A stretch of DNA of 63,017 nucleotides, the filler included, from Thraustochytrium aureum (taxonomy: Eukaryota): the NCBI GenBank assembly GCA_012862495.1. It is 4 parts of 3 records of this genome, joined end to end, with 100 filler letters (N's around TTAATTAATTAA, not from the genome) between each part and the next. Parts side by side here need not be neighbours in the genome. Positions count along the whole stretch, not along the records: positions 21,384 to 43,731 come from BLSG01000084.1; positions 43,832 to 57,021 come from BLSG01000086.1; 2 more parts are not named here. One strand, given 5' to 3'. Below the pieces are notes generated by a model that was not told the DNA's origin, ran no database searches, and saw nothing but the letters and a program-made list of their open reading frames with translations. The position numbers were made by a program, and so were the translations under genes. Within the stretch, counting starts at the first letter, position 1. Every line of letters begins with the position of its first letter. Of this stretch, positions 35,001 to 44,596 are shown piece by piece.

Positions 35001-35436
35001 AGCACCCGCGCCAGCACTGCGCCGCGGCAGCGCTGAGGAGTAGCGGCAGCAGCGGGGCGGAGCGCAAGCGGCAGCGGCACTGAGGACGAGGAGCAGCGGC
35101 AGCCGCGGCGCCTTGTCCCAATCCGAACGGAACGATTTGTTCTCTTTTGTTCGTGGCATCAGCACGGCCTTCATGAGTGCAACAGAAACACTTGCTCGCC
35201 TCCAGGCCGCCTTCTCGGGCGCCGTACCGCTTGGCTGCCTGGCTGCCTGTCCGGCTGGCTGGCTGGCTGCGCGTGCGCGTTTGCTTGGCGTGCCGCCTGG
35301 CTTGCTGCCTGCTCGGAGGGCGGCGAGGGCCGGCGGATCTGGCTGGCTGGCTGTCGGTTCGGCTTCGTGTCGGACCAGGACGTGCCGAGGCGCACGTGCC
35401 TGGCCGCCTGCTCGCCTCCCTGCGCGACGTGGCGCC

Positions 35437-35901
35437 ATGGAGGCCGTCGCTGCCGCGATAAGCGCGCTCGGTGGCGGGTTTGCTGATGCGAGCGCCGGCG
35501 AGCGTCGGGCGTTTGCCCTTGGCGCCGCCTGTGCTGGGACTGTGGGTCTCGGTGCGCTCGTACTGGCGAAGACCATGCGCGCAGACGGAGAGAGGCGGCA
35601 TAGGCGATCGTCGCTCCATCACCTCGACTCGCGCGCCTCGAAGCGCAACTCGGACGCATCCACGAGCATAAACCCGCTCCGATTCCTACCCAAATCAGGC
35701 TCCTCAGCACTGAGCACCACGGAGGATGACGGCAGAGACCGCATCTTTCAAGTCGTGCTGACGGGTGGCGCCTGCGCTGGCAAGTCGTCAACGATGGAGT
35801 ACCTGGCGGAGCGGCTGCGCGCGCAAGCGTTCGACGTGTACCTGGTACCAGAGGTTCCGACGCTCTTGCTGAACGGGGGCTGCGTGTACCCTGGTCTCGA
35901 C
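35437..35901 (+). CDS. AAA_28 / TTD14-like P-loop NTPase with N-terminal hydrophobic segment (3'-truncated by gap)
   Basis: IFQVVLTGGACAGKSS Walker A followed by VYLVPEVPTLLLNGG, which resembles the VLTGGPCxGK..VPE.AT.L pattern of NadR/TTD14-type proteins. Hydrophobic AFALGAACAGTVGLGALVLA upstream. Confidence 0.72.
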
Positions 35902-36813
35902 NNNNNNNNNNNNNNNNNNNNNNNNNNNNNNNNNNNNNNNNNNNNNNNNNNNNNNNNNNNNNNNNNNNNNNNNNNNNNNNNNNNNNNNNNNNNNNNNNNN
36001 NNNNNNNNNNNNNNNNNNNNNNNNNNNNNNNNNNNNNNNNNNNNNNNNNNNNNNNNNNNNNNNNNNNNNNNNNNNNNNNNNNNNNNNNNNNNNNNNNNNN
36101 NNNNNNNNNNNNNNNNNNNNNNNNNNNNNNNNNNNNNNNNNNNNNNNNNNNNNNNNNNNNNNNNNNNNNNNNNNNNNNNNNNNNNNNNNNNNNNNNNNNN
36201 NNNNNNNNNNNNNNNNNNNNNNNNNNNNNNNNNNNNNNNNNNNNNNNNNNNNNNNNNNNNNNNNNNNNNNNNNNNNNNNNNNNNNNNNNNNNNNNNNNNN
36301 NNNNNNNNNNNNNNNNNNNNNNNNNNNNNNNNNNNNNNNNNNNNNNNNNNNNNNNNNNNNNNNNNNNNNNNNNNNNNNNNNNNNNNNNNNNNNNNNNNNN
36401 NNNNNNNNNNNNNNNNNNNNNNNNNNNNNNNNNNNNNCGTTCGCGCCACGACGCGCGCCCTATCGCCGAGGCCCGCGCGAGCGCACGCACGCGGCCGGGC
36501 CGGCTGGCAGCGCAGGCAGCGGGCCTCTTCGCGCCGTGTGAGAGACTCGACTCGCACAGTCCCGGAAGCTTGTGCAACGCCTCTCGGAGTCGCCGAGGAC
36601 GGCGCGCGCCCTCCGCGGCGCAACCTGCTTACTCGCGACCTGCTTGTGGCTCGCCGAGGCCTGCCCCGCTCTGCGAGGGAACGGGCCGCGGTCGGGCGGG
36701 CGGGCCTTGCAGGAGAGCTTGGTCGGTGGTTGGCGTGGGGGGAGGGCGTCGTTTTGCACGCTCTCCGGCAACGCGGAGCGGAAACCACTTGGTCTTTTTA
36801 GCAACCTCCTCGA

Positions 36814-38493
36814 GTGGCGCCGCTCTCGCGCAGACCACGCAGGCCCAGCCGAGCCGGTGCGGTGCTCTGGTACAGCGCTTTGGTACTGGGACGACCTGCG
36901 GGCTGTCCGGACGCCGCAGCTGCGCTACGGTGGACAAAGCTGGAGGCCTCGGAGGTAGGAAGGGCTGGAGACGTCACGCTTCGCGAGCAAGTCGGGCTCC
37001 GGGAGATGGCCCCACAAACGCGCATCGTGGGCGGGCAGCCCGTCAATGAAGCCAAGCCGTGGATGGTGTCGCTGCAAGTGAGGTCGCTGCGCACCGGAAA
37101 GTGGAATCACTTTTGCGGTGGGTCGCTCGTGCATCCGCAGTTTGTGCTTACGGCCGGTCACTGCGTGGCGTACGCAAACGACGAGGTGCGAGCCAAGGTT
37201 GGGGCCATCTACTTGGACGAGTCCAAGCCGGCGCACTTGGAAGGCGTCGAGGTCCGCGGCATCGCGGAAACCTTCCTGGCCCCTGGTTTCCTCGTGCAAT
37301 CTGTGCCCTTCCTCGTGGAAAACGATGTCGCGTTGTTCCGGTTGACAGCAGCCATCGACGGTCTTGCCACGGTAAAGCTCAACACGGATACGGCGTACGA
37401 ACGGCCTGGCAGCATGCTGACCGTCCTAGGTTGGGGCGAGACAACGGTTGGCCATGGCTCTGTCAACGCGCTGCAGTCGGTCAGCTTGCCCATCGTGACG
37501 TACGAAACCTGTTCCAACGCCTTCCCGGGCCTTGTGCAAGAGCACAACGTGTGCACCGGGTTCGAGGAAGGCGGCAAAGACGCCTGCACAGGCGACTCGG
37601 GCGGGCCGGCGGTTGCCCAGGACGTTGGGGGGGCATTCGTTCAAGTCGGCGTTGTTTCGTGGGGCGATAGCTGCGCACTTGCAGGCAAACCAGGTGTGTT
37701 CATGAGCGTGAGGACTTTTGCGGACTGGATCGACAATCAGATCCTTCAAGCGGTCTCCTTCAGGCCGACAAGTGCGCCAACAATTGCGCTCGCGCCGTTG
37801 CCAAGCCCGACAAGTGCGGCGCCGGTGCCGACAGCGACAAGTGCGCCATCCTTCACGCTCGCACCAGTGCCGACAGCAACAAGTGCGCCAACGACTTCAT
37901 CGCCCGTGGCCACCGCTCCATCGCCAGCATNNNNNNNNNNNNNNNNNNNNNNNNNNNNNNNNNNNNNNNNNNNNNNNNNNNNNNNNNNNNNNNNNNNNNN
38001 NNNNNNNNNNNNNNNNNNNNNNNNNNNNNNNNNNNNNNNNNNNNNNNNNNNNNNNNNNNNNNNNNNNNNNNNNNNNNNNNNNNNNNNNNNNNNNNNNNNN
38101 NNNNNNNNNNNNNNNNNNNNNNNNNNNNNNNNNNNNNNNNNNNNNNNNNNNNNNNNNNNNNNNNNNNNNNNNTCGCCTGTTTCGAACGGCGACCAGGGCC
38201 AGGGAGCACGGTCCGAGCTGGGCCAGGGCCCCGAGTCGACTCCCTCACAAGCCGTTGTCGTCGGAGCGTCGGTGGGCGGAGTAGTCGGTTTCCTCATTCT
38301 TGCAGTCCTGGTGGTCACGGCCATTCTCGGCGTCCGGCGTCGCGCAAAGCGTGAAAACAGTGGCCGCACCGGCGGTTTGGCCGACACTTCACCACCTGTG
38401 AAAAGCACAGGCCAAAGTGCGCGCGGGTCCGTGTCGGGTGGGCCACCGCCGCCGCCAGATCCCAGCCTCGGCGCCGGACTGCAACAGGTGTAG
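36814..38493 (+). CDS. Trypsin-like (S1A) serine protease with P/T/S stalk and C-terminal TM helix (start uncertain)
   Basis: Activation site R|IVGG (~37024), FCGGSL, LTAGHC (His), NDVALF (Asp), GGKDACTGDSGGP (Ser, with Asp189-type pocket), GVVSWG. PTSAP repeats. TM VVVGASVGGVVGFLILAVLVVTAILGV followed by RRRAKR. Confidence 0.9.
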   Translation: MAPLSRRPRRPSRAGAVLWYSALVLGRPAGCPDAAAALRWTKLEASEVGRAGDVTLREQVGLREMAPQTRIVGGQPVNEAKPWMVSLQVRSLRTGKWNHFCGGSLVHPQFVLTAGHCVAYANDEVRAKVGAIYLDESKPAHLEGVEVRGIAETFLAPGFLVQSVPFLVENDVALFRLTAAIDGLATVKLNTDTAYERPGSMLTVLGWGETTVGHGSVNALQSVSLPIVTYETCSNAFPGLVQEHNVCTGFEEGGKDACTGDSGGPAVAQDVGGAFVQVGVVSWGDSCALAGKPGVFMSVRTFADWIDNQILQAVSFRPTSAPTIALAPLPSPTSAAPVPTATSAPSFTLAPVPTATSAPTTSSPVATAPSPAXXXXXXXXXXXXXXXXXXXXXXXXXXXXXXXXXXXXXXXXXXXXXXXXXXXXXXXXXXXXXXXXXXXXXXXXXXXXXXXXXSPVSNGDQGQGARSELGQGPESTPSQAVVVGASVGGVVGFLILAVLVVTAILGVRRRAKRENSGRTGGLADTSPPVKSTGQSARGSVSGGPPPPPDPSLGAGLQQV

Positions 38494-38779
38494 AGTTCTT
38501 GACATGCACACGAAAGGCCTCGTTGGTCTACGTAGATAGATGGCGATGCTCCGGCGAGTCCCGGAGGAATACTTGGGGGATAGTTCTCGTCCAGGCTCGC
38601 GACACGCAGGCGATCTTCGCACCGTAACCCCCAACACACACAAAGTGTTGCACAAGCGCACAAGCGTTGCATTTTTTGTTCGTTTCTTGGTGGCAACCTG
38701 TTGATTGAGTAGTAGGTAAGTAGGTGGAGTACCTGTTGAGGCTTGTGCATGAGCGCGCACAACAGCTGACGCGGACGCA

Positions 38780-38857
38780 GCTGGCAGTGCGCCAGTTTGG
38801 TTTTGCGAGCTGCCTGCTGCTGGCAGTGCGCCAGTTTGGTTTTGCAAGCTGCCTGCT
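38780..38857. repeat. 39-bp tandem duplication about 26 bp upstream of ATG 38884
   Basis: GCTGGCAGTGCGCCAGTTTGGTTTTGC(G/A)AGCTGCCTGCT x2. Confidence 0.9.
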
Positions 38858-38883
38858 GCTGAGAGCGCTCGTTGACTGTCGGG

Positions 38884-40677
38884 ATGGCGGCGGCGCGGAG
38901 GTCCGAGATCATGAAGCGCGCCTCGAAGCGCATGTCACAGGTGGCGGCCAAAATGTTCTCCCGCGCGAGCCCTGCGGCGTTTGAGAGCGAAGTGGTTTAC
39001 ATGTGCGGCCTGTCTGTTACTTGCCTAAAAGAGATTCGGGAGGAGCTGCTCTTGGGCGAACTTGCGCCTGGCGTCGAGCTGGTGGTGGCTACAGCAGACG
39101 CTGCGGGCGGTGCGTTCAAGCGCGGCGAGACGCTACAGGTCCTGCCTGGCCAACCCGGCAAGGCCGCTCTCCGCAACGCGTTTGCAATCACAATGGTGGA
39201 GGTCGAGCCAGGAAGCGTCGCGCCGAAACCGCGCCACGAATGGGACATGGAGGACATCAACACTTATGTCGTCCTTCCACGCACGATGCGCACCACGAGT
39301 ATCTACGCCGCCTTGCAAAAGGACGCAGCGCCGCGCACCGTGGGCCAGCCTTTTGAAGGCGCGTTTGTGGTCCATCCGCGCAGCTCGGCGTTCTGCGTGC
39401 TCGTTGAAGCCCTGGCTGCGCGTCACCAACCGGATGAGCACGACGAGGCCTTTTACTGGCTCGATACGTTCGGGGCAAATCAGGTACTGCTCAACAAGCG
39501 CGACGGTGCGCTGAGCCCCAGAACTCGTGAGGCGCGCGCCAAGCTACTCAAAGAGAGCCTGCACGAGTCGCTCGCCAACTTTGAGCACCGGGTCGTTTTT
39601 GTGGGCTCCTGGGCTGCGCCGAGATTTCTCGGGCGCTTCTGGTGCCTATGGGAGATGTTTGGGAGCTTGGACAGGGACAGCGACGTCGACGCAGTGTACG
39701 CGTCGAATCACGTTGCCACGCTCTCAAGCTTGCTCGTGGACGCGTCCGACGAGGCCCACGCCGAGCTCGAGCGAGTCGGCGACTTGCTGGCGCTAAACGC
39801 CCGTAGCGCACAATGCTCCAATCCAGACGACCTGGCCCACCTTTACTCTGCCGTCCAGCGCGACGTAGAGGGCTCCTTCGACCGGTTCAGCGCAGTCCTG
39901 CGCGCCCGCGTTGCCAAGTGGCTCATCGAGGACATCCAGGAGGCCGCCAAGCACTCGATCACCCATGACGTGAACCGACCGCGCGAAGCCAAAGCCAAGG
40001 CGTACGCCGACCTCCTCGTCAGCGCCAGCGGTCTGCTCGAGCGATGCTCTGCAGAGGGCGCGGCACAAGTGATATCCTTCCTCGAGGAGGCCCTTGGTCA
40101 ATATCGCGAAATTGGCGACTTTGCAGGGCAGGTGACTGCGCTCAGGCGAATCGCGCGGATGTGCCTCGGCGAAAAGCGCCCCGAAGAGGCGCAAGATTGC
40201 CTGGAAGAAGCCATCTCGGTTGGACGACGTCACTTTGGAGAGCAAGACACGCGGGTCGGACAGCTTTTTCAGGAACTTGCTGAGGTTCATGTGGCCCGCA
40301 AGCAGCACGACGAGGCCCTCGAGGCCTTGGAGAATGTCGTCGTTATTCTCAAGGCCACCGTTGGCGGCAACGATGCTCGTGTCGCCAACGCTATCGCGCG
40401 TATGGCCGCCGTCTTGGTTGAGAAGGGAGACGGCGCGGCCGCTCTAAAGCGGCTTGGAGCGGCGCTACAGATCTGGAAACTCGACGGGGGCGATCACAGG
40501 CTGTCGGAGGCTGCGGCTCTTGTCGCTTGCGCCAAGATCGAAGACTCGCTCGGCTCTTCGCGCGACGCGCTCAAGCACGCGCAGACAGCCGCCGAGATCT
40601 ACCGCATCGTCCTCGGTCCGCGCCACGAGTCTACCAAGGACTGCGGACTGCTCGTCAAGTCGCTCATGGGTCGCTAG
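38884..40677 (+). CDS. TIR/HET-like domain + C-terminal TPR repeat (kinesin-light-chain type) protein
   Basis: Intact ORF with motifs AFVVHP, FYWLDTFGANQ and FLGRFWCLWE (39364-39654). Several 42-aa-type TPRs follow (..EEAISVGRRHFGEQDTRVG.., ..AAEIYRIVLGPRHEST..). Confidence 0.8.
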   Translation: MAAARRSEIMKRASKRMSQVAAKMFSRASPAAFESEVVYMCGLSVTCLKEIREELLLGELAPGVELVVATADAAGGAFKRGETLQVLPGQPGKAALRNAFAITMVEVEPGSVAPKPRHEWDMEDINTYVVLPRTMRTTSIYAALQKDAAPRTVGQPFEGAFVVHPRSSAFCVLVEALAARHQPDEHDEAFYWLDTFGANQVLLNKRDGALSPRTREARAKLLKESLHESLANFEHRVVFVGSWAAPRFLGRFWCLWEMFGSLDRDSDVDAVYASNHVATLSSLLVDASDEAHAELERVGDLLALNARSAQCSNPDDLAHLYSAVQRDVEGSFDRFSAVLRARVAKWLIEDIQEAAKHSITHDVNRPREAKAKAYADLLVSASGLLERCSAEGAAQVISFLEEALGQYREIGDFAGQVTALRRIARMCLGEKRPEEAQDCLEEAISVGRRHFGEQDTRVGQLFQELAEVHVARKQHDEALEALENVVVILKATVGGNDARVANAIARMAAVLVEKGDGAAALKRLGAALQIWKLDGGDHRLSEAAALVACAKIEDSLGSSRDALKHAQTAAEIYRIVLGPRHESTKDCGLLVKSLMGR

Positions 40678-41004
40678 CTCTACTAGCTCTAGCTAGAGAG
40701 AGGGTCCCGGTAGCCACGCGTGGATGTGCGTGCGTGCGTGGGTGGATACATTGGATCGGAGGATGATCCCCTTGCACGCGGCGTCAGAAACAACAACCAG
40801 CGCCAACCCAGCGCTACCCTGCACCCCTCCCCACCCCCATCGCGCCAGCGCGGCACCCCACAAGCAAGCTGCAAAATTCAAGAAATTGCACATGTCGACC
40901 AACACCTGCCTTGCTTGAAGGTGGCCCGCTCACCGGTCAAGAAACCCTCTAAATTTTCGTTTCGATCGGCTCCTGCATGATCAAAAACATGCAATCAGTC
41001 ACCT

Positions 41005-41190
41005 GAGCCAGCCAGCCAGCCAGCGAGCGAGCCCTCCAGCCTCCAGCAGTCCCGCAGCTGTCAGTCGTCAGGCAAGCGGGCAGGCAGCCAGGCAGCCAGA
41101 AAGCCAGGCATCGGCAGGCAGGCAGCGGCAGGCAGCCAGGCAGGCAGCCAGGCAGAAAGCCAGGCAGAAAGCCAGAAAGCCAGGCAGCCA
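41005..41190. repeat. Low-complexity AGCC/AGGC/CAGAAAGC repeat tract upstream of the TTL-like gene
   Basis: Runs of AGCC, CAGGCAG and GCCAGGCAGAAA units. Confidence 0.75.
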
Positions 41191-41298
41191 GATCGGCAGT
41201 CTCTCTTCAGTCAGTCAGCCGCTCCTGTCGCGGACAGAGGTCGGCGCCGTCCGAGCTGCATCCATCCATCTGTCACCTTTTCGCCTGTCAGGACGGGA

Positions 41299-43424
41299 AT
41301 GAACGTCGGGGTCAAGGCCGGGCAGCGGCAGAGTCGCCTTGGCAAGGTTGCGGCGTACCGCGATGTGGTGTACTTGGTCCTGCTGTCCCTGCTTGGGATG
41401 GCGGTAATGAACGCGAGCATTGAATGCCCCGCGGAGGTTCGCGCAAGGTTTTTGGCGGGGAACGCCTTTCCGAACTCAAAGGTGCAGGCAGAGCAGTACC
41501 GCGACACTGTCTCGAAGAACGCAGCATTGCACGCCGAGCTCGCCGAGATGGGACGTCGCATTATGGCTCTCGAGGAGGATCTCGAGAAAGCCAACTCGCT
41601 GTGCGAGAACCGCGCCGTCGAAGCGCACATCGAGCGCATCAAGGCCGCGTCTGCCAAAGCCTCTCACCCTGACCCAAGCGCCGAGCCCGCCATTGTGGCA
41701 ACTCGGCAGGCTACCGCAGTGCCTGGAGAGCACTCTCTTGGATCCCACGGCGAAGCAGGCTCATCGCAACTGGGTGTGCGCTCTGGGCTTGTCGACGCGC
41801 CGACAACTTCCGGCGTGTCGAGCGACAACGAGCAACGCGCATCATCTGAGGCAACTAACGCCAACAGCGACGAGGACGAAAGCGCATCTGGATCTGAAGA
41901 GGAGGAACAAGGCACTGAATCAAAAGGCGGCGATCGCTTGAGCCAAGTCCAAGGCGACGGCGCTACGAACAGCCTGGGCGATGGAGGAGACGGAGTCCAG
42001 CAGCCCGCCGAAGTCGAAGCGCACGAGGAAGAGCAGAACGAAGAAGCCGAGGACGAGGAGGAGGCAGCGGCAGCAGTTGCAGACCAAGACCAAGACGAAG
42101 CTGACGACAGCGAAGAGGGCATTATCGGCGAGGATGAGGAGGATGAAGACGACGAAGACGATGAGGAGGCCAACGAGGTCCCAATGAGCCCCAAACAATA
42201 CGGATACGAGGATCTTGGAGAGGGCAAGTTTCGTATTCTCAATCAGGTGAGCTCGTCGACGAAAAAGCACTTTAAGAGCGTGGCCACCAAGTTTATTACG
42301 CTCTTTCGCGCATGGGAGCATGCGGGCTGGAAACATCGGTACGACACTGCACCGGGCGGCGCCTCCCTCTACTTGACCAAGCCGATCAGCAAAGTGCCGA
42401 GTTCAGCGGGCAAAATGATCTCCCAGATCACAAAGTCATCGTGCATCGGCGGGACCAAAGGCGCGCAGCTCCGATGCAAGGTCAAGCTTGCTGCAAAGTT
42501 TGGCTGCAACTTTGCCGAACTTGGCATCTCGCCCATGCAGTTCAACCTGGAGGAGAAAGCGGACTGTATCGAGTTTATGCGTATCGCCTCTGCGCCAGAG
42601 AACGAGGAGAAGCAGTGGATCCTCAAAGACGGTGGGTCGTACCACGGAAAGCGCATGAAGTTTTACAAGGGTCTCAAGAGCGAGGTAAAGCGCAAGTTTG
42701 GCAAGTGCACCAAGGACAAGAAGGCGGCAGGCTCGATCATGATGGAGTACATCCACAACCCTGTGTTGTTCTCGGAGCGCAAGTTCGACCTACGCACCTA
42801 CCTCCTCATCGGGTCCACTAAGCCGTTCATGGTTTTCTACCACGACGGCTTTGTGCGCCGCTCAGGTGCGGCGTACAAGAACTCGACATTCTCCAAGCTT
42901 GGGCACATTACTAACCACAAGACGCAGGACAAGCAGGCCGGTCACTTTTGGGGCTTCAACCAGCTCGGTGAGTACCTCCATGACGAAGAGGGCTTTCCGG
43001 AGGACTATATGGAGTCGGCGTTCCGCAGCTATGTCAAACACGCAACAAACTTTGGTTCCAGGCCGCACGAGCGCGGCTCAAGCGCCGGGCGGGCTCTTTC
43101 ATGCTCTTTGGGCTCGACTGGATGATTGACAAGAACCGCAACATCCACTTTCTGGAGGCGAATGGCAACCCGACCATTCAAAACTACGAGCCGACGGGGC
43201 TGGGGCCCGCGATTTGGAACGAGATGGCCGATTTGCTGACGCGCTTGCACCGAGAGCCCTCCACGCTGCCGGGGGAACCGACGGTCTCGTCAGCGTTTTC
43301 TTACGGGGGCTGGCAGCTCGTCTTTAATGAGGCCGAGGAGCTCGTCAAGGGCCAGACTTATAACGCCTGCAAGTTCCGCGACTACCTCCAGTGCACTGAC
43401 CCAGATCGGTGCCCGATTTGGTGA
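41299..43424 (+). CDS. Tubulin-tyrosine-ligase family (TTLL10-like) ATP-grasp ligase with N-terminal signal anchor, coiled coil and acidic stalk
   Basis: TTL motifs QWILK, MEYIHNPVL..RKFDLRTYLLI, FYHDGFVR, HITN, LFGLDWMID...FLEANGNP. One frameshift near 43055 joins ORFs 41299..43125 and 43101..43424. Hydrophobic VVYLVLLSLLGMAVM near the N-terminus. Confidence 0.85.
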
Positions 43425-43775
43425 GCGCGCTTTGAAAGACGGAGGTTGGGATGCGTCGTCCTGACCTGACCTGACCTGACCGGACCTGACCGCCGCGATC
43501 GACTCAAAAAAACCGCTGTTGCTGCTCTGTGTCTGTGGCACCTAGCAATAATAGGTCATAACCCATTGAAAAAAAAACTTGCAACCATTTCCTCCATACA
43601 GTAGGCGCTCGGAGGAAGCCGCTCACCGCTGGCGGAAGGCCTGCGGTCGCTACAAATTAAGTGACACCGTGACCTATCAGCAGCACGCGCAAGCGCACCA
43701 CGACGAGTTGTGGCTCCAGCAAGACATCTATNNNNNNNNNNNNNNNNNNNNNNNNNNNNNNNNNNNNNNNNNNNN

Positions 43776-43787
43776 TTAATTAATTAA
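43776..43787. other. Artificial contig linker TTAATTAATTAA
   Basis: Same 12-mer within N padding. Confidence 0.95.
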
Positions 43788-44596
43788 NNNNNNNNNNNNN
43801 NNNNNNNNNNNNNNNNNNNNNNNNNNNNNNNGCTCGCTGCCACTGGCAGAGTGAATGATGAACGATGAGCGCGGCGGCGAACACACGACTGTGAACTTGA
43901 ACCACCACCGAGTGTGATGGATGGATGGATGCCCACCACATTGCGCCACATTGGTACTTGACGACCAAATCGGATCCTCTTTGCTATCACATTGGCTTGT
44001 AGAGTGGAGTACATGGTCCATGACGTTGGATGCACGGCCGGTTGGGAGTGCGATGGTCGAGCGAGCGCGTCGTCACAGCAGTGCTTCTTTGAACGCCCTG
44101 CCTTGCCAGTGGCTCCCACCGTGCATTACCAACCCATTGCTCGTACCCGGCGCGCGGCTGGTCTGGATCCCTCCGAGCCGCGCACCATTGCAAGCCCACT
44201 CGGAGAGACTCGCGCGCGCGTGCATGGCCAGGCCGTAGGTGAACGCGACGCTGGTGCCCGGCCGTCGTTGGGCGAGGCCTCATCAGCCTGGTGCTGGTTT
44301 TCTCGTTTCTGGCCGCAGACGAAGAGTCAGACCTGAATTTTGAGCGATTTCGGGCCAAGCAGACCACGATCGAATCGACTCTGCGGCGCGCGGGCGGCAG
44401 CGCGCAGAAGGACGCTGAAGAGCCCCAAAACGGAAGGAGTGCCGAGCCAATCCGGCGCTTGACTTGGCCCTGAAGCTGCTCCAGACCGGCCGGCCTGGCC
44501 TGGCACGCACGCGTTCAACTTGCGCCAAAGCAGCGGCGCCACTTGAACGTGGCGTTTCGCGGTCAGTTGGCCAAGCTCGGCGCAAGCGGAACGAGG

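Noticed and set aside
43461..43490. (CTGAC)n run after the TTL gene as a branch-point array
   Set aside because: It lies downstream of the stop codon with no following exon evident; a simple microsatellite explains it.
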